A DNA stretch of 64,000 bases, taken from an uncultured Clostridia bacterium (lineage in GTDB: Bacteria; Bacillota; Clostridia; Christensenellales; UBA1242). Below, piece after piece: positions 19,712 through 27,991 of this stretch (position 1 is its first letter; every line of letters begins with the position of its first letter). The position numbers and the translations under genes were made by a program. The stretch is taken from contig CAMSQA010000003.1 in NCBI GenBank assembly GCA_947062475.1, forward strand, positions 31,990 through 95,989, given 5' to 3'. The notes under the pieces are model-generated. The model worked only from the letters and a program-made list of their open reading frames with translations, had not been told where the DNA came from and ran no database searches.

Positions 19712-22045
19712 TTGGATGGAGGAGAAGTGCAAACTCAAGAAGATAGACTCGAATATTTTGCGCAAAGAATTATCAATAAGGCAACAGCAGATGAAATTAA
19801 CGAGGATTTAATGGTATTGACGCTTACAAAGGCGCAGCTGATTGACCCAATGCTATTGTCATGTCTCAAAAACAAGGTATTTGACAAGGAATTTGCTGGC
19901 AAAAAAATCAAATTCAAATGTGCAGATGGCGATCTCTTCTTTAAAGCTGGCGAGTTTGAGACTTTGGTTGAAAACTATAAGGCAATAGAAGAGTATAAAG
20001 CCTCTCTTGTCTTTGAAGAGACAATAAATCTTGGCACTGGCTCTTTTCACAATAATGAAGAGCAATTGATTGCCATGTTTAAAAAGCAGGATAAAGTTGA
20101 AAGGTCCTTTGAAGATATTGTGCAGATAAACAAAAAGCTTGCTGATATAGCAGAAAAAATCAATGGCGGCTATGTCGACGAAGATGGAAATAAAAAAGAA
20201 CTTTCGCCACTTGAAAAATATTTTGTATGTTATCAAATTGCAAGAAGCATTTCTTATTTGGTTGAAAATGAAGAAGATAGAAAAAAGGCTGGATATAGCT
20301 TTACGCGAAGCGTAGTTGACTTGATAAAAAATCAAATTGGATGTTGTGTGGGAATTTCAGAATATTTTCGTGCGATACTTGAAATGGTGGGAATAAACAA
20401 TTGTTGTTTAAGTGTTGACTCAGATAGAGAGGGTCTGCTTTATAAGCAAAATTTAAATGAGAATATCGCAGAGTTATTCAGTTTTAAAAAGCTTTTTAAT
20501 AATTATACAAATAGGGAAAGCAATATATTAGAAGAACTTGATAAATTAAATAACTTTCAATATGTTACTTCACACAAATCAAATTTGGTCTATTTAAAAG
20601 ATGAGAAATATGGCATTGATGGTGTTTTTTTGGGAGATGCAACTTTTGGTGACAAATACGATATTGTTGCAATAGGTGATAATTTTGACATACTCTTTAA
20701 TTTTGCGACTTTCTTTCAGTCAGGAGATGATATATCAAATTTATTAGATAAAGCAAGCAAGCTTGATCTGCTTGAAAAGAATGAGAACAGTTTGGATAAA
20801 GATTATTATTTTAATTATGCAAAAAGTTTATTGGTTCAAAGTTTTAAAGCTGCGTTTTATAGCAATACTTTATTATCGCCTCGTTTGTCACTTGATCAAG
20901 CAAGGTTTGTATTAAAGCTTGAAGGCTGCAAAAGTTATGATGAGGTTTTTGATCTGATTGAAGAGAAATGTTCTGAAAAAGACATGACAACAGGACAACC
21001 AAACGAATACGCCGCTGCTTATTTACAAAGCTTTGAAAAGGTGCTGTATGATCAAGACCAAAAATTCTTAAAATCAACAGAAATCAAAAAAATATATGAA
21101 AAACTTGAAAATACAAAATTTATAAAGAAAGTTTCTCAAGAGATAAGCACCGCGTCAAAGGTAAGCCATAAAATCTTTGACCAAATTTTTGAGGGAAGTG
21201 AATATGCTTTTATGAATGGTATAAAAAATATGACGGAGACAAATGATTTTCTCAAAAATGCCTCACCAGATTTAAAAGGAAGTAAAAATATAGTTTTGGA
21301 AATTGTTCAAAAAAATGGGCTTGAACTTGAATTTGCTTCAAAAAATTTGCTAGATGATTATGATGTGGTGTTGGCAGCGGTGAGCCAAAATGCTGAGGCG
21401 CTCAAATTCGCCTCAGAAAGATTGAAAAACAAATATGAACTAGTTTTGAAAGCTGTTCAAGGAAATGGTGAAGCGCTTAAGTTTGCATCAGAAGAAATGA
21501 GGAATAATATTGAAATTGCTTTGACTGCTATAAGAAGTGATTGTTCAGCCCTTCTATATGTGCCAATAGATGGCCGTAATTACAATGAAATCGTGCTTGA
21601 AGCTGTCGATATGGACGGGCTTGCTTTAGAGTTTGCATCAAAAGAAATGCAAGATGATTTATTGGTGGTTATGACAGCTATTCAAAATGACAGGGAGGCG
21701 TTGAAGTTTGCCTCGCCAAGATTTCAAAATAACAGAGTGCTTCAAGAAGGGAAATTTGAAGTTTTGGAAGACATGATTTCTTGTTATGACAGTGTCAAAA
21801 ATATCCAAGATTTTCCACTAAGTTATTTTCAAGAGGAAAATAGATATATCCTTGATTTTGCAATGGAAATCATTGCGGAAAGACTTGAAGATTCAGTCAT
21901 TAAAGAGGAATATTATGAAATGATTGAAGAAATAATTAATTCAAAACTTGACGATCTTGCAAGTTTGGAAGAGATGAAAAAACTAAAAGACGAAATGCAT
22001 TTCTTAGATTTTGAACAGGATTTTGAGCTGGATGACGATGAATAG
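19712..22045 (+). CDS. Large protein: possible transglutaminase-like Cys-His-Asp core + DUF4116 repeats
   Basis: Central repeats NGLELEFASKNLLDDYDVVLAAVSQNAEALKFASERLKNKYELVLKAVQGNGEALKFASEEMRNN... fit the DUF4116 pattern. Upstream, GCCVGISEYFRAILEMVGI ... SHKSNLVYL ... GDATFG is weakly transglutaminase-like. TTG start uncertain. Confidence 0.6.
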   Translation: MDGGEVQTQEDRLEYFAQRIINKATADEINEDLMVLTLTKAQLIDPMLLSCLKNKVFDKEFAGKKIKFKCADGDLFFKAGEFETLVENYKAIEEYKASLVFEETINLGTGSFHNNEEQLIAMFKKQDKVERSFEDIVQINKKLADIAEKINGGYVDEDGNKKELSPLEKYFVCYQIARSISYLVENEEDRKKAGYSFTRSVVDLIKNQIGCCVGISEYFRAILEMVGINNCCLSVDSDREGLLYKQNLNENIAELFSFKKLFNNYTNRESNILEELDKLNNFQYVTSHKSNLVYLKDEKYGIDGVFLGDATFGDKYDIVAIGDNFDILFNFATFFQSGDDISNLLDKASKLDLLEKNENSLDKDYYFNYAKSLLVQSFKAAFYSNTLLSPRLSLDQARFVLKLEGCKSYDEVFDLIEEKCSEKDMTTGQPNEYAAAYLQSFEKVLYDQDQKFLKSTEIKKIYEKLENTKFIKKVSQEISTASKVSHKIFDQIFEGSEYAFMNGIKNMTETNDFLKNASPDLKGSKNIVLEIVQKNGLELEFASKNLLDDYDVVLAAVSQNAEALKFASERLKNKYELVLKAVQGNGEALKFASEEMRNNIEIALTAIRSDCSALLYVPIDGRNYNEIVLEAVDMDGLALEFASKEMQDDLLVVMTAIQNDREALKFASPRFQNNRVLQEGKFEVLEDMISCYDSVKNIQDFPLSYFQEENRYILDFAMEIIAERLEDSVIKEEYYEMIEEIINSKLDDLASLEEMKKLKDEMHFLDFEQDFELDDDE

Positions 22046-22117
22046 CATAAAATAATTTTCACTATTGACAACAATCATAGTAAAGTGATATAATATTTAT
22101 AGATAAAGGAGGGGAAT

Positions 22118-22651
22118 ATGATTTGTATTTTCAAAGCACAAGCACTTAAGGCTGTAAGAAAAAATGGGATGAACCTTTCAAAACTTTCAAAAAAATGGCA
22201 AAATGATTTGGATGTCGTATTGGCGGCAGTAAGTCAAAATGGAAAAGCCATTCGTTATGGACATCCAAGATTTACTCGTGATAAAATGGTGATGATGGCA
22301 GCTGTCACAAATGATGGAATGGCAATCTATTATGGCACACCTTCAATTAGGGGCAATAAAGATGTAGCTATGGTTGCTCTCAAGCAAGCACCTGAAGCAT
22401 TTGATTTTATTTTACCTGAATTAAAAAAAGATGATGAAATTCTTATCGCAGCAGGCATGGCAGTTTCTGAAAAGAAAGAAGAAAACAACACAGAAGAGAA
22501 TGCTGACAAATCAGTAAAAATGGAAAAAATTTTTAATAAATTTAATTCAATGGAAACAAACATAGAAACACTATCAAACCAAGCTGGCTTGCAAAAAAAT
22601 TATTCAAACAATGATGTGCTTGAATTTGATGATGATGAAATGCAAAGTTGA
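22118..22651 (+). CDS. DUF4116 repeat protein
   Basis: Repeats: NGMNLSKLSKKWQNDLDVVLAAVSQNGKAIRYGHPRFTRDKMVMMAAVTNDGMAIYYGTPSIRGNKDVAMVAL. GGAGGGG RBS. Confidence 0.65.
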   Translation: MICIFKAQALKAVRKNGMNLSKLSKKWQNDLDVVLAAVSQNGKAIRYGHPRFTRDKMVMMAAVTNDGMAIYYGTPSIRGNKDVAMVALKQAPEAFDFILPELKKDDEILIAAGMAVSEKKEENNTEENADKSVKMEKIFNKFNSMETNIETLSNQAGLQKNYSNNDVLEFDDDEMQS

Positions 22652-22667
22652 AATCTTTATTTAGGAG

Positions 22668-22701
22668 AAAAAAAGACATATCAATTGATATGTCTTTTTT
22701 G
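22668..22701. terminator. Bidirectional rho-independent terminator
   Basis: Perfect palindrome AAGACATATCAATTGATATGTCTT, flanked by an A-run and a T-run, between convergent genes. Confidence 0.8.
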
Positions 22702-22844
22702 TTGAAAATCATCGAAAATTAATTGAAATAAACGAAAAATAATTAAAACAATCGTTTTTTGCTTAATCAAATCGAAGTTTGCTTAAATAACAGTAGAAAT
22801 ATTTATAGAAAGAGATTTATATTTAATTGTGTCAATTTTTCTTT

Positions 22845-23291
22845 TTATATATTTTCAATCTTATTTTTTGATAGATTTTCAGTAGAATTATTCATTAGTG
22901 TTGCTAAACCTTCATTATGTAATTGATATATCCGTTTGATTGAATAATTCAACGTTTCGGCAATTTCTTCAAATGACATCAATGAGATATATTTCAGATA
23001 AAAGATAGTTTGATAGGGTTGTGGTAATTTGTTTATGTATTCTTCTATTTTCTGTTTCTTATTGAGAATTGTCAATAATTTATTCTCTTCAACAATTTGT
23101 CTTTCTATAAATGAATTGAAATTGTTTTCAATTTCTGTCGAACTTATCTGGCTCATTTTATAAACCTTGTTGCTTTCTGCAAGTTTGGATATGTCGTTTT
23201 TTAATTTGTTTACATCCTTTAATTTTTCATTAAACAATTGCACATCATATTTGTATGATTCGAGCAATCTTTTGATTTTTTCTTTTGTCAT
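22845..23291 (-). CDS. Sigma-70 region-4-like HTH protein (ArpU/DUF1492-like regulator)
   Basis: C-terminal LPQPYQTIFYLKYISLMSFEEIAETLNYSIKRIYQLHNEGLATL resembles sigma region 4. No region 2 is evident. Confidence 0.55.
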   Translation of the reverse strand: MTKEKIKRLLESYKYDVQLFNEKLKDVNKLKNDISKLAESNKVYKMSQISSTEIENNFNSFIERQIVEENKLLTILNKKQKIEEYINKLPQPYQTIFYLKYISLMSFEEIAETLNYSIKRIYQLHNEGLATLMNNSTENLSKNKIENI

Positions 23292-23362
23292 TTTTTTACC
23301 TCTTTAAATTAATTTTTCTTTAGTTTAGGGAAATCCCTTTTTGGTGAAATCTCTTTGAAGAT

Positions 23363-24193
23363 CTAGAAAATATTTATTGCATATGATGCGTCAATGCAAG
23401 AAAGATCGTTGATCCTTAAAAAGCCCATAGAGTCATCACCAAATGATGAAAGCAGATAATTATCAGTCCTTATTAGCTTGTTATCTTTATAAAACTTATA
23501 TTGGCGATAGCCAAATACTGCTGCAACATGGGCATTTGTGCTTTTCTTGCCAATCAAACTACATTCAGTGTCGGCAATATAAGAGCCGCCGTCATAATAA
23601 TATTCATAATTATCCAGAAACACAATTACAGGAATTTGTCTTTCGAAATAGCTGTTTGCTGTTGCAACATTAAATTTGCTTCCGCATGAATTATAAGTGA
23701 TATTATAGCCTTTGCCTTTGACATATGCGGTAAAGCCTTTTTTAAATTGGTCAATACTTGTGCCTGGTGCTATTGTGTTTGTGCCCATAAGGTCATAAAG
23801 CTCTGCTTCAAGGTCTATTGTTGTGTAAGTATTTCCGTAAAAATAATATTTTCCTTCATACTCTCGGCCTGGCTCAAAATCTGGGATTAGGTCGGGCAGA
23901 GTTACATCATAATAGCCTATTACGGTAAGAGCAGCGACGCATGCACAAGAATTTGTTTTTGTCACATTTGAATAAACAGGCAAAAACATGTCAAGGCTTG
24001 TCCCAGTGCTTGTATAATAGTCATATTTAAATTGAAGCGTGGTATCAACCGTGTTGCCGCCCGTGTTGCTGTATGACGTATCACAATAAAAACCCTCTGT
24101 CATCGTATGCAATTTCGCCAGTGGCAAGAAACTGATTGATATTAGACAGAGAGCAATTATTAATAGTGGTAAGTTTTTTAATTTTATTTGCAT
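23363..24193 (-). CDS. Secreted putative cysteine peptidase (C39-like/papain-like fold)
   Basis: Signal-like N-terminus MQIKLKNLPLLIIALCLISISFLPLA. Candidate catalytic Cys (NSCACVAALTVIGYY) and His (TNAHVAAVFGY). The start was set to the ATG after the AAGGAGG RBS. Confidence 0.5.
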   Translation of the reverse strand: MQIKLKNLPLLIIALCLISISFLPLAKLHTMTEGFYCDTSYSNTGGNTVDTTLQFKYDYYTSTGTSLDMFLPVYSNVTKTNSCACVAALTVIGYYDVTLPDLIPDFEPGREYEGKYYFYGNTYTTIDLEAELYDLMGTNTIAPGTSIDQFKKGFTAYVKGKGYNITYNSCGSKFNVATANSYFERQIPVIVFLDNYEYYYDGGSYIADTECSLIGKKSTNAHVAAVFGYRQYKFYKDNKLIRTDNYLLSSFGDDSMGFLRINDLSCIDASYAINIF

Positions 24194-24246
24194 TTTATCC
24201 TCCTTCATATACTAAATGTCATCAAAAGGATAAAAAGGGTCAAATT

Positions 24247-24900
24247 TTAACAAAATTTTTCAAAAAATTCTTGATCATTTATTTCAAAATTGAGATAAAG
24301 TTTATAATTTTTATATTCGAAGAGAGAAAGAAAACGATTGCTTATTAAAGAGATCTCTTTATTGATATATAATTTATAATCTTCAGTTTGAGTTATTTCA
24401 GCATTTAAAATATAATTTTTATGCTGGCTGTATATAAAATTCTTTTCCATAACGAGTATTGCATTACACTTAGTATATGGAATATCATATTTTTCTAATC
24501 TAAATGTCATTGCAAGAAGTTTATTTTCCTTATCAGGGGAAAAATATCCATACATTGATTGCAATTTGCAATCATCAAAGATAAAATTATATTTTGGATA
24601 TTTTGTTGAAATAATATCTTGCACGTATTCCCTTTCAAGCAGGGTTTGTGAAAGTTGGTTGTCTCCATAAGATTTTTTATTTTGTCTTAGCGTCAGGGGA
24701 AGGACAATGCAAGGGGTGATGATCAATATAAGTAGACAGGCTAATATTGATGTCAATTTGAGATGATATCTACAAGGTTTGGCATTTTTATTTTCATTTA
24801 TTTTATTCTTCAGTCTATCTTTCTCTGCATTGTCTAGTTGCGGAATACTTTTATTATCGAAATATGAATTTATCTCATTTTCAAGCTCTTTCTTTTTCAT
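24247..24900 (-). CDS. Putative anti-sigma factor (single-pass membrane protein)
   Basis: Overlaps the sigma gene by 20 nt. One TM (LTSILACLLILIITPCIVLPL) separates a short N-terminal domain from an extracytoplasmic domain. Confidence 0.55.
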   Translation of the reverse strand: MKKKELENEINSYFDNKSIPQLDNAEKDRLKNKINENKNAKPCRYHLKLTSILACLLILIITPCIVLPLTLRQNKKSYGDNQLSQTLLEREYVQDIISTKYPKYNFIFDDCKLQSMYGYFSPDKENKLLAMTFRLEKYDIPYTKCNAILVMEKNFIYSQHKNYILNAEITQTEDYKLYINKEISLISNRFLSLFEYKNYKLYLNFEINDQEFFEKFC

Positions 24901-25411
24901 TTAAGTTCTCCTTTATATAATCGTAGATTAAATTCAATCTTCTTTTGACAGTCGATTCTGAAATCTCTGTCAATTTAGCAATTTCTTTAAGTTTCAATCC
25001 TTCATGAAATTTAAGATATACCAGTTGTCTATCAATGTCGCTGAGATTATCGAGAAGTATTTTGACCGAAAAAGTGTTTAAGTCAATATTATAAATTTCA
25101 CTTGAAAACTTTTCATCCAAAGAAATGGTTCTGTTTTCTTTTCTGATTAAATTTCTCAAATGATTGCGTGCAATTGCTAAAATCCAGTTGTAACAATTTG
25201 TGTAAAACAATTTCGTTTTTGACTTTTCAAAGATAGTTTCAAAAGTTGCGATAATAGCATCCTTTATCACTTCTTCGTTTGACCAATATTTTCTTAGAAA
25301 ACAAAATAAAACGTTATACATTAGAGAATAAATATCATCAAAGGCTTCTCTTTCGCCAAGCGACACTTTCTTGATAAGTTTATTTAATCTTGTTTTATCT
25401 TCTGATGTCAT
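24881..25411 (-). CDS. ECF-type sigma-70 family RNA polymerase sigma factor
   Basis: Region 2-like FDDIYSLMYNVLFCFLRKY...DAIIATFETIF and region 4 LKEIAKLTEISESTVKRRL. Confidence 0.8.
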   Translation of the reverse strand: MTSEDKTRLNKLIKKVSLGEREAFDDIYSLMYNVLFCFLRKYWSNEEVIKDAIIATFETIFEKSKTKLFYTNCYNWILAIARNHLRNLIRKENRTISLDEKFSSEIYNIDLNTFSVKILLDNLSDIDRQLVYLKFHEGLKLKEIAKLTEISESTVKRRLNLIYDYIKENLNEKERA

Positions 25412-25954
25412 AAATCCTCTCTCATTTTTTTTATTTTATAGCAGTCATTCAGTTAAGACTGTTTTTAGTTTGAAAACTTTGATTATGTGTTTATTGCAAG
25501 CCTTAGACGCTGCACAAAAACTACATATATATTTTATAACTCAAGAAAATTAAGTCAAATATATTAAAGGGAATTTTTTTAATATTGGATAAATTTATTG
25601 ATTAATAGCAGTCTTTGTCAATGATTTGCAGATTTTAGAAAGCATAAGTAGTTGTTCAAATAGACTTATCAAGAAGGAAGAAAATTTTTAAAAATGTTGT
25701 CGAATAATAATATGACCTGTTGCTTTTTCTCTAGCTATATTTTCTTCGAGATAAAGAAAGTATCCGTATTTGCTGTGGGACAAAACATTTTGAAGCTCTT
25801 GGTGTAGATGTAGCCTTTGGAGTTGCAAAAAGGTTTAAAGATTTTAAAGCAAAACAATAAATTTTTGACAATCAACATTGATAAAGTTGTTATATCTGTG
25901 ATATTATGATTATGGTTTAATTAAACTTAAATTATAAAAAAGAAAATATAAATT

Positions 25955-26536
25955 ATGGGAATGTTTGACTATTCGATTGTTACACATAATGGAAAGGTAT
26001 TTTTTAATAATTGGATTGAATGGCAAGAGATTAACTTGCCAACCGAGCCTAAATGGTTTAGAATAATAATACAAGGTATTTTATCATTCTTTGGTCATTG
26101 TGGGGAATGCATTGCTATTGGTGGTTGCTATTTTGTTGATAGAAATATGCCTGAGCAACCTTTACACCCTAAATGTCATTGTGGGAAATTGTCAATTGCT
26201 ATTGATAAAGTTTCAGCAAATATAAATGCAAATTGTCCACTAGAAAAATTTATAAATTATATATTTACTGATGATACAAAATCAAAAGGCAAGAAATCTT
26301 TATTTGAGTCTTTGGGATATACACGAGAAAATTCAATGCAATTAAAGTTTGATTATGAAAATCAAGCTAGAGAACAATATTTAAAAGGACTATATGAACT
26401 TGATACATTAGACGAATATGGACAAAGGATAAATATTGAAATAGATTTGAATGGACATAAAATATTATCTGGTTGGATGCTTGAACCGAAAGGTAAAATT
26501 AGAAATATCACACCATTTGGAGGATGGGCAATATGA
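25955..26536 (+). CDS. MuF-C-terminal-motif protein with a DUF6883-like C-terminal domain (toxin-like)
   Basis: GHCGECIAIGGCYFVDRNMPEQPLHPKCHC matches the C.EC..L.G....P..HPNCRC motif of SPP1 gp7/Mu F head-morphogenesis proteins. The C-terminal EKFINYIFTDD..KGKKSLFESLGY... resembles DUF6883. Confidence 0.45.
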   Translation: MGMFDYSIVTHNGKVFFNNWIEWQEINLPTEPKWFRIIIQGILSFFGHCGECIAIGGCYFVDRNMPEQPLHPKCHCGKLSIAIDKVSANINANCPLEKFINYIFTDDTKSKGKKSLFESLGYTRENSMQLKFDYENQAREQYLKGLYELDTLDEYGQRINIEIDLNGHKILSGWMLEPKGKIRNITPFGGWAI

Positions 26537-26805
26537 AAAAATTTGATTTAGTAAAATTAATAGATGCAACTAAATATCTCGAAAGAGGTTTATATAAAGA
26601 TTTGCATGGTGTAGTATTAAATATTGGTATTAATGAAAGTGAAATTTTGTTTGTTAATGAAACAAACATAGGCGAAGCGATTATTGTAAAGGTATCAAAT
26701 AAAGACTTGATTATAGAAAAGGAGAAATTACCAGAATATATAATTGATGAGATACAAGAAAAGTTAGATATTAATAAATTAATGAAAAAAACAAACTTGA
26801 AATAA
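26533..26805 (+). CDS. Small DUF4926-like protein (immunity candidate)
   Basis: The ATG overlaps the upstream stop (ATGA at 26533-26536). GGAGG lies 9 nt upstream. MKKFDLVKLIDATKYLERGLYKDLHGVVLN... Confidence 0.5.
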   Translation: MKKFDLVKLIDATKYLERGLYKDLHGVVLNIGINESEILFVNETNIGEAIIVKVSNKDLIIEKEKLPEYIIDEIQEKLDINKLMKKTNLK

Positions 26806-27014
26806 TAAACTTAAAAGCTTATGATTTTGTAGAATTATTAGTTGAAGATGAAAATTATGCAAAGTTTGGATTACACAAAGGAGATACAGGTTGTGTATTA
26901 GAAGGCGAAATAATAAAAGGAAAGTGTCTGGTTGATTTTACAGGAATAGATAATGCAGGAAATATATATGGTAGTTGTATAAAAGTCAAAGTAGAAGATT
27001 TAAAAAAAATGTAA
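26778..27014 (+). pseudogene. Second DUF4926-like reading frame without a canonical start codon
   Basis: The frame is open from 26778 to TAA 27012-27014 and encodes ..AYDFVELLVEDENYAKFGLHKGDTGCVLEGEIIKGKCLVDFTGIDNAGNIYGSCIKVKVEDLKKM. The 5' end offers only ATT/CTT/ATA/TTA codons. Confidence 0.4.
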
Positions 27015-27021
27015 AATTCAT

Positions 27022-27053
27022 AAAGCCGAGATTTCGTGATGAAGTCCCGGCTT
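27022..27053 (+). terminator. Rho-independent terminator
   Basis: AAGCCGAGA...TCCCGGCTT GC-rich stem. Confidence 0.55.
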
Positions 27054-27155
27054 AACCATCTGCATTAACCTATGCAAACGATACAAGCAACGAAAGGCAA
27101 TATATAAAACCGGAGAATTATTAAAAAAAGTTTTATGTATTTTATAGAAAAATGT

Positions 27156-27182
27156 TTGACAAAATTCGGGGGGGGGTAGAAT
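27156..27182 (+). promoter_or_regulatory. Promoter with a G9 homopolymer in the spacer (phase-variation candidate)
   Basis: TTGACA (27156-27161), 15-nt spacer AAATTC-G9, TAGAAT (27177-27182). The flanks are homologous to the 13347-13373 promoter. Confidence 0.6.
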
Positions 27183-27233
27183 AGAGTAAGGAATGAATTG
27201 TTTTAATCATTACAATTATTAAAAGGGGAAGTT

Positions 27234-27662
27234 ATGACTAAGAAAAATACATTATCAAATAAAATCACTATTTCTATTCTTGTTCTTTTATTGTCAATCG
27301 TCACTTTATTGATGGCATCGTGCGGAGGCACTAAAGATCCAAAACCTTTCAAAGACATCATAAATGATTCGATAAATCAAAGGGTTGTTGTTTTAAATGC
27401 CAGTGTCTCGGCTGAGGAAGCCCCTCAGGCAGGTGGATTTTGGACTTCTGTTGATTATAATAATGAAGATGACTATAAGGCTTATAATATGTATTATGAC
27501 AAAACAGGAAAACTTATCTCTTATATCACATATGAAAATTCTAGATTACAAGGTAATGATTCATGGGTGGGAATTGACACAGCTTTATCAATAGAAGAAT
27601 TCCACAAAAATTCAAAGATTTTTTGGAATTTCATTCTTGAAACATATTCAAGAAACCGTTGA
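27234..27662 (+). CDS. Lipoprotein (possibly disrupted at its 3' end)
   Basis: Signal peptide with lipobox LLMASC. AAGGGGAAG RBS. Protein-like sequence continues in another frame up to 27816 (see the next feature). Confidence 0.6.
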   Translation: MTKKNTLSNKITISILVLLLSIVTLLMASCGGTKDPKPFKDIINDSINQRVVVLNASVSAEEAPQAGGFWTSVDYNNEDDYKAYNMYYDKTGKLISYITYENSRLQGNDSWVGIDTALSIEEFHKNSKIFWNFILETYSRNR

Positions 27663-27816
27663 AGCTGGAAAAGTTTGAAAACAAGAAAATGGCAAATATT
27701 TTGTTTTCGGAGATGCACATTATGAAGTTGAGGCGAAAAACGATTTGATTTCACAAATCACATTCGATATTGAAGATGATTTAGTGATGCATTATATAAT
27801 GAATTTTTCTTATTAA
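27595..27816 (+). pseudogene. Out-of-frame, TGA-interrupted continuation of the lipoprotein gene
   Basis: The +1 frame reads ..QETVEAGKV*KQENGKYFVFGDAHYEVEAKNDLISQITFDIEDDLVMHYIMNFSY* (in-frame TGA at 27679-27681). This suggests a frameshift plus nonsense, or homopolymer assembly errors (A5/T6 runs at 27606-27625). Confidence 0.35.
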
Positions 27817-27837
27817 GAATAGCTGGTGATTTAAATT

Positions 27838-27868
27838 GAAACAACTCTAAAAAATGAGTTGTTTTTTA
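27838..27868 (+). terminator. Rho-independent terminator
   Basis: AACAACTC...GAGTTGTT stem followed by TTTTT. Confidence 0.75.
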
Positions 27869-27937
27869 TTTTTATATAGTCAACTGATTTTGCTCCGTGA
27901 AAAATTTAAGTTTAATTTTAAAATTTGTTTTATATTC

Positions 27938-27966
27938 TTGAAATTGTCGCAAAATTATGATATAAT
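27938..27966 (+). promoter_or_regulatory. typA promoter
   Basis: TTGAAA (27938-43), 17 nt, TATAAT (27961-66). Confidence 0.65.
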
Positions 27967-27991
27967 CGTAAGGTTAAAAAGGATGAAAATT

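Noticed and set aside
25680-25860. Short protein-like frame ending ..KHFEALGVDVAFGVAKRFKDFKAKQ* in the 25412-25954 spacer
   Set aside because: Only about 30-40 codons are open, with no start or RBS. It is probably a remnant of a decayed gene, and too little remains to call.
27679-27681. In-frame TGA in the lipoprotein continuation as evidence for a TGA-recoding genetic code (code 4 or 25)
   Set aside because: TGA is used as a genuine stop at normal-length ends of tatD (38167-69), rsmA (38943-45) and the 903-2294 gene. Core genes have expected lengths under code 11.
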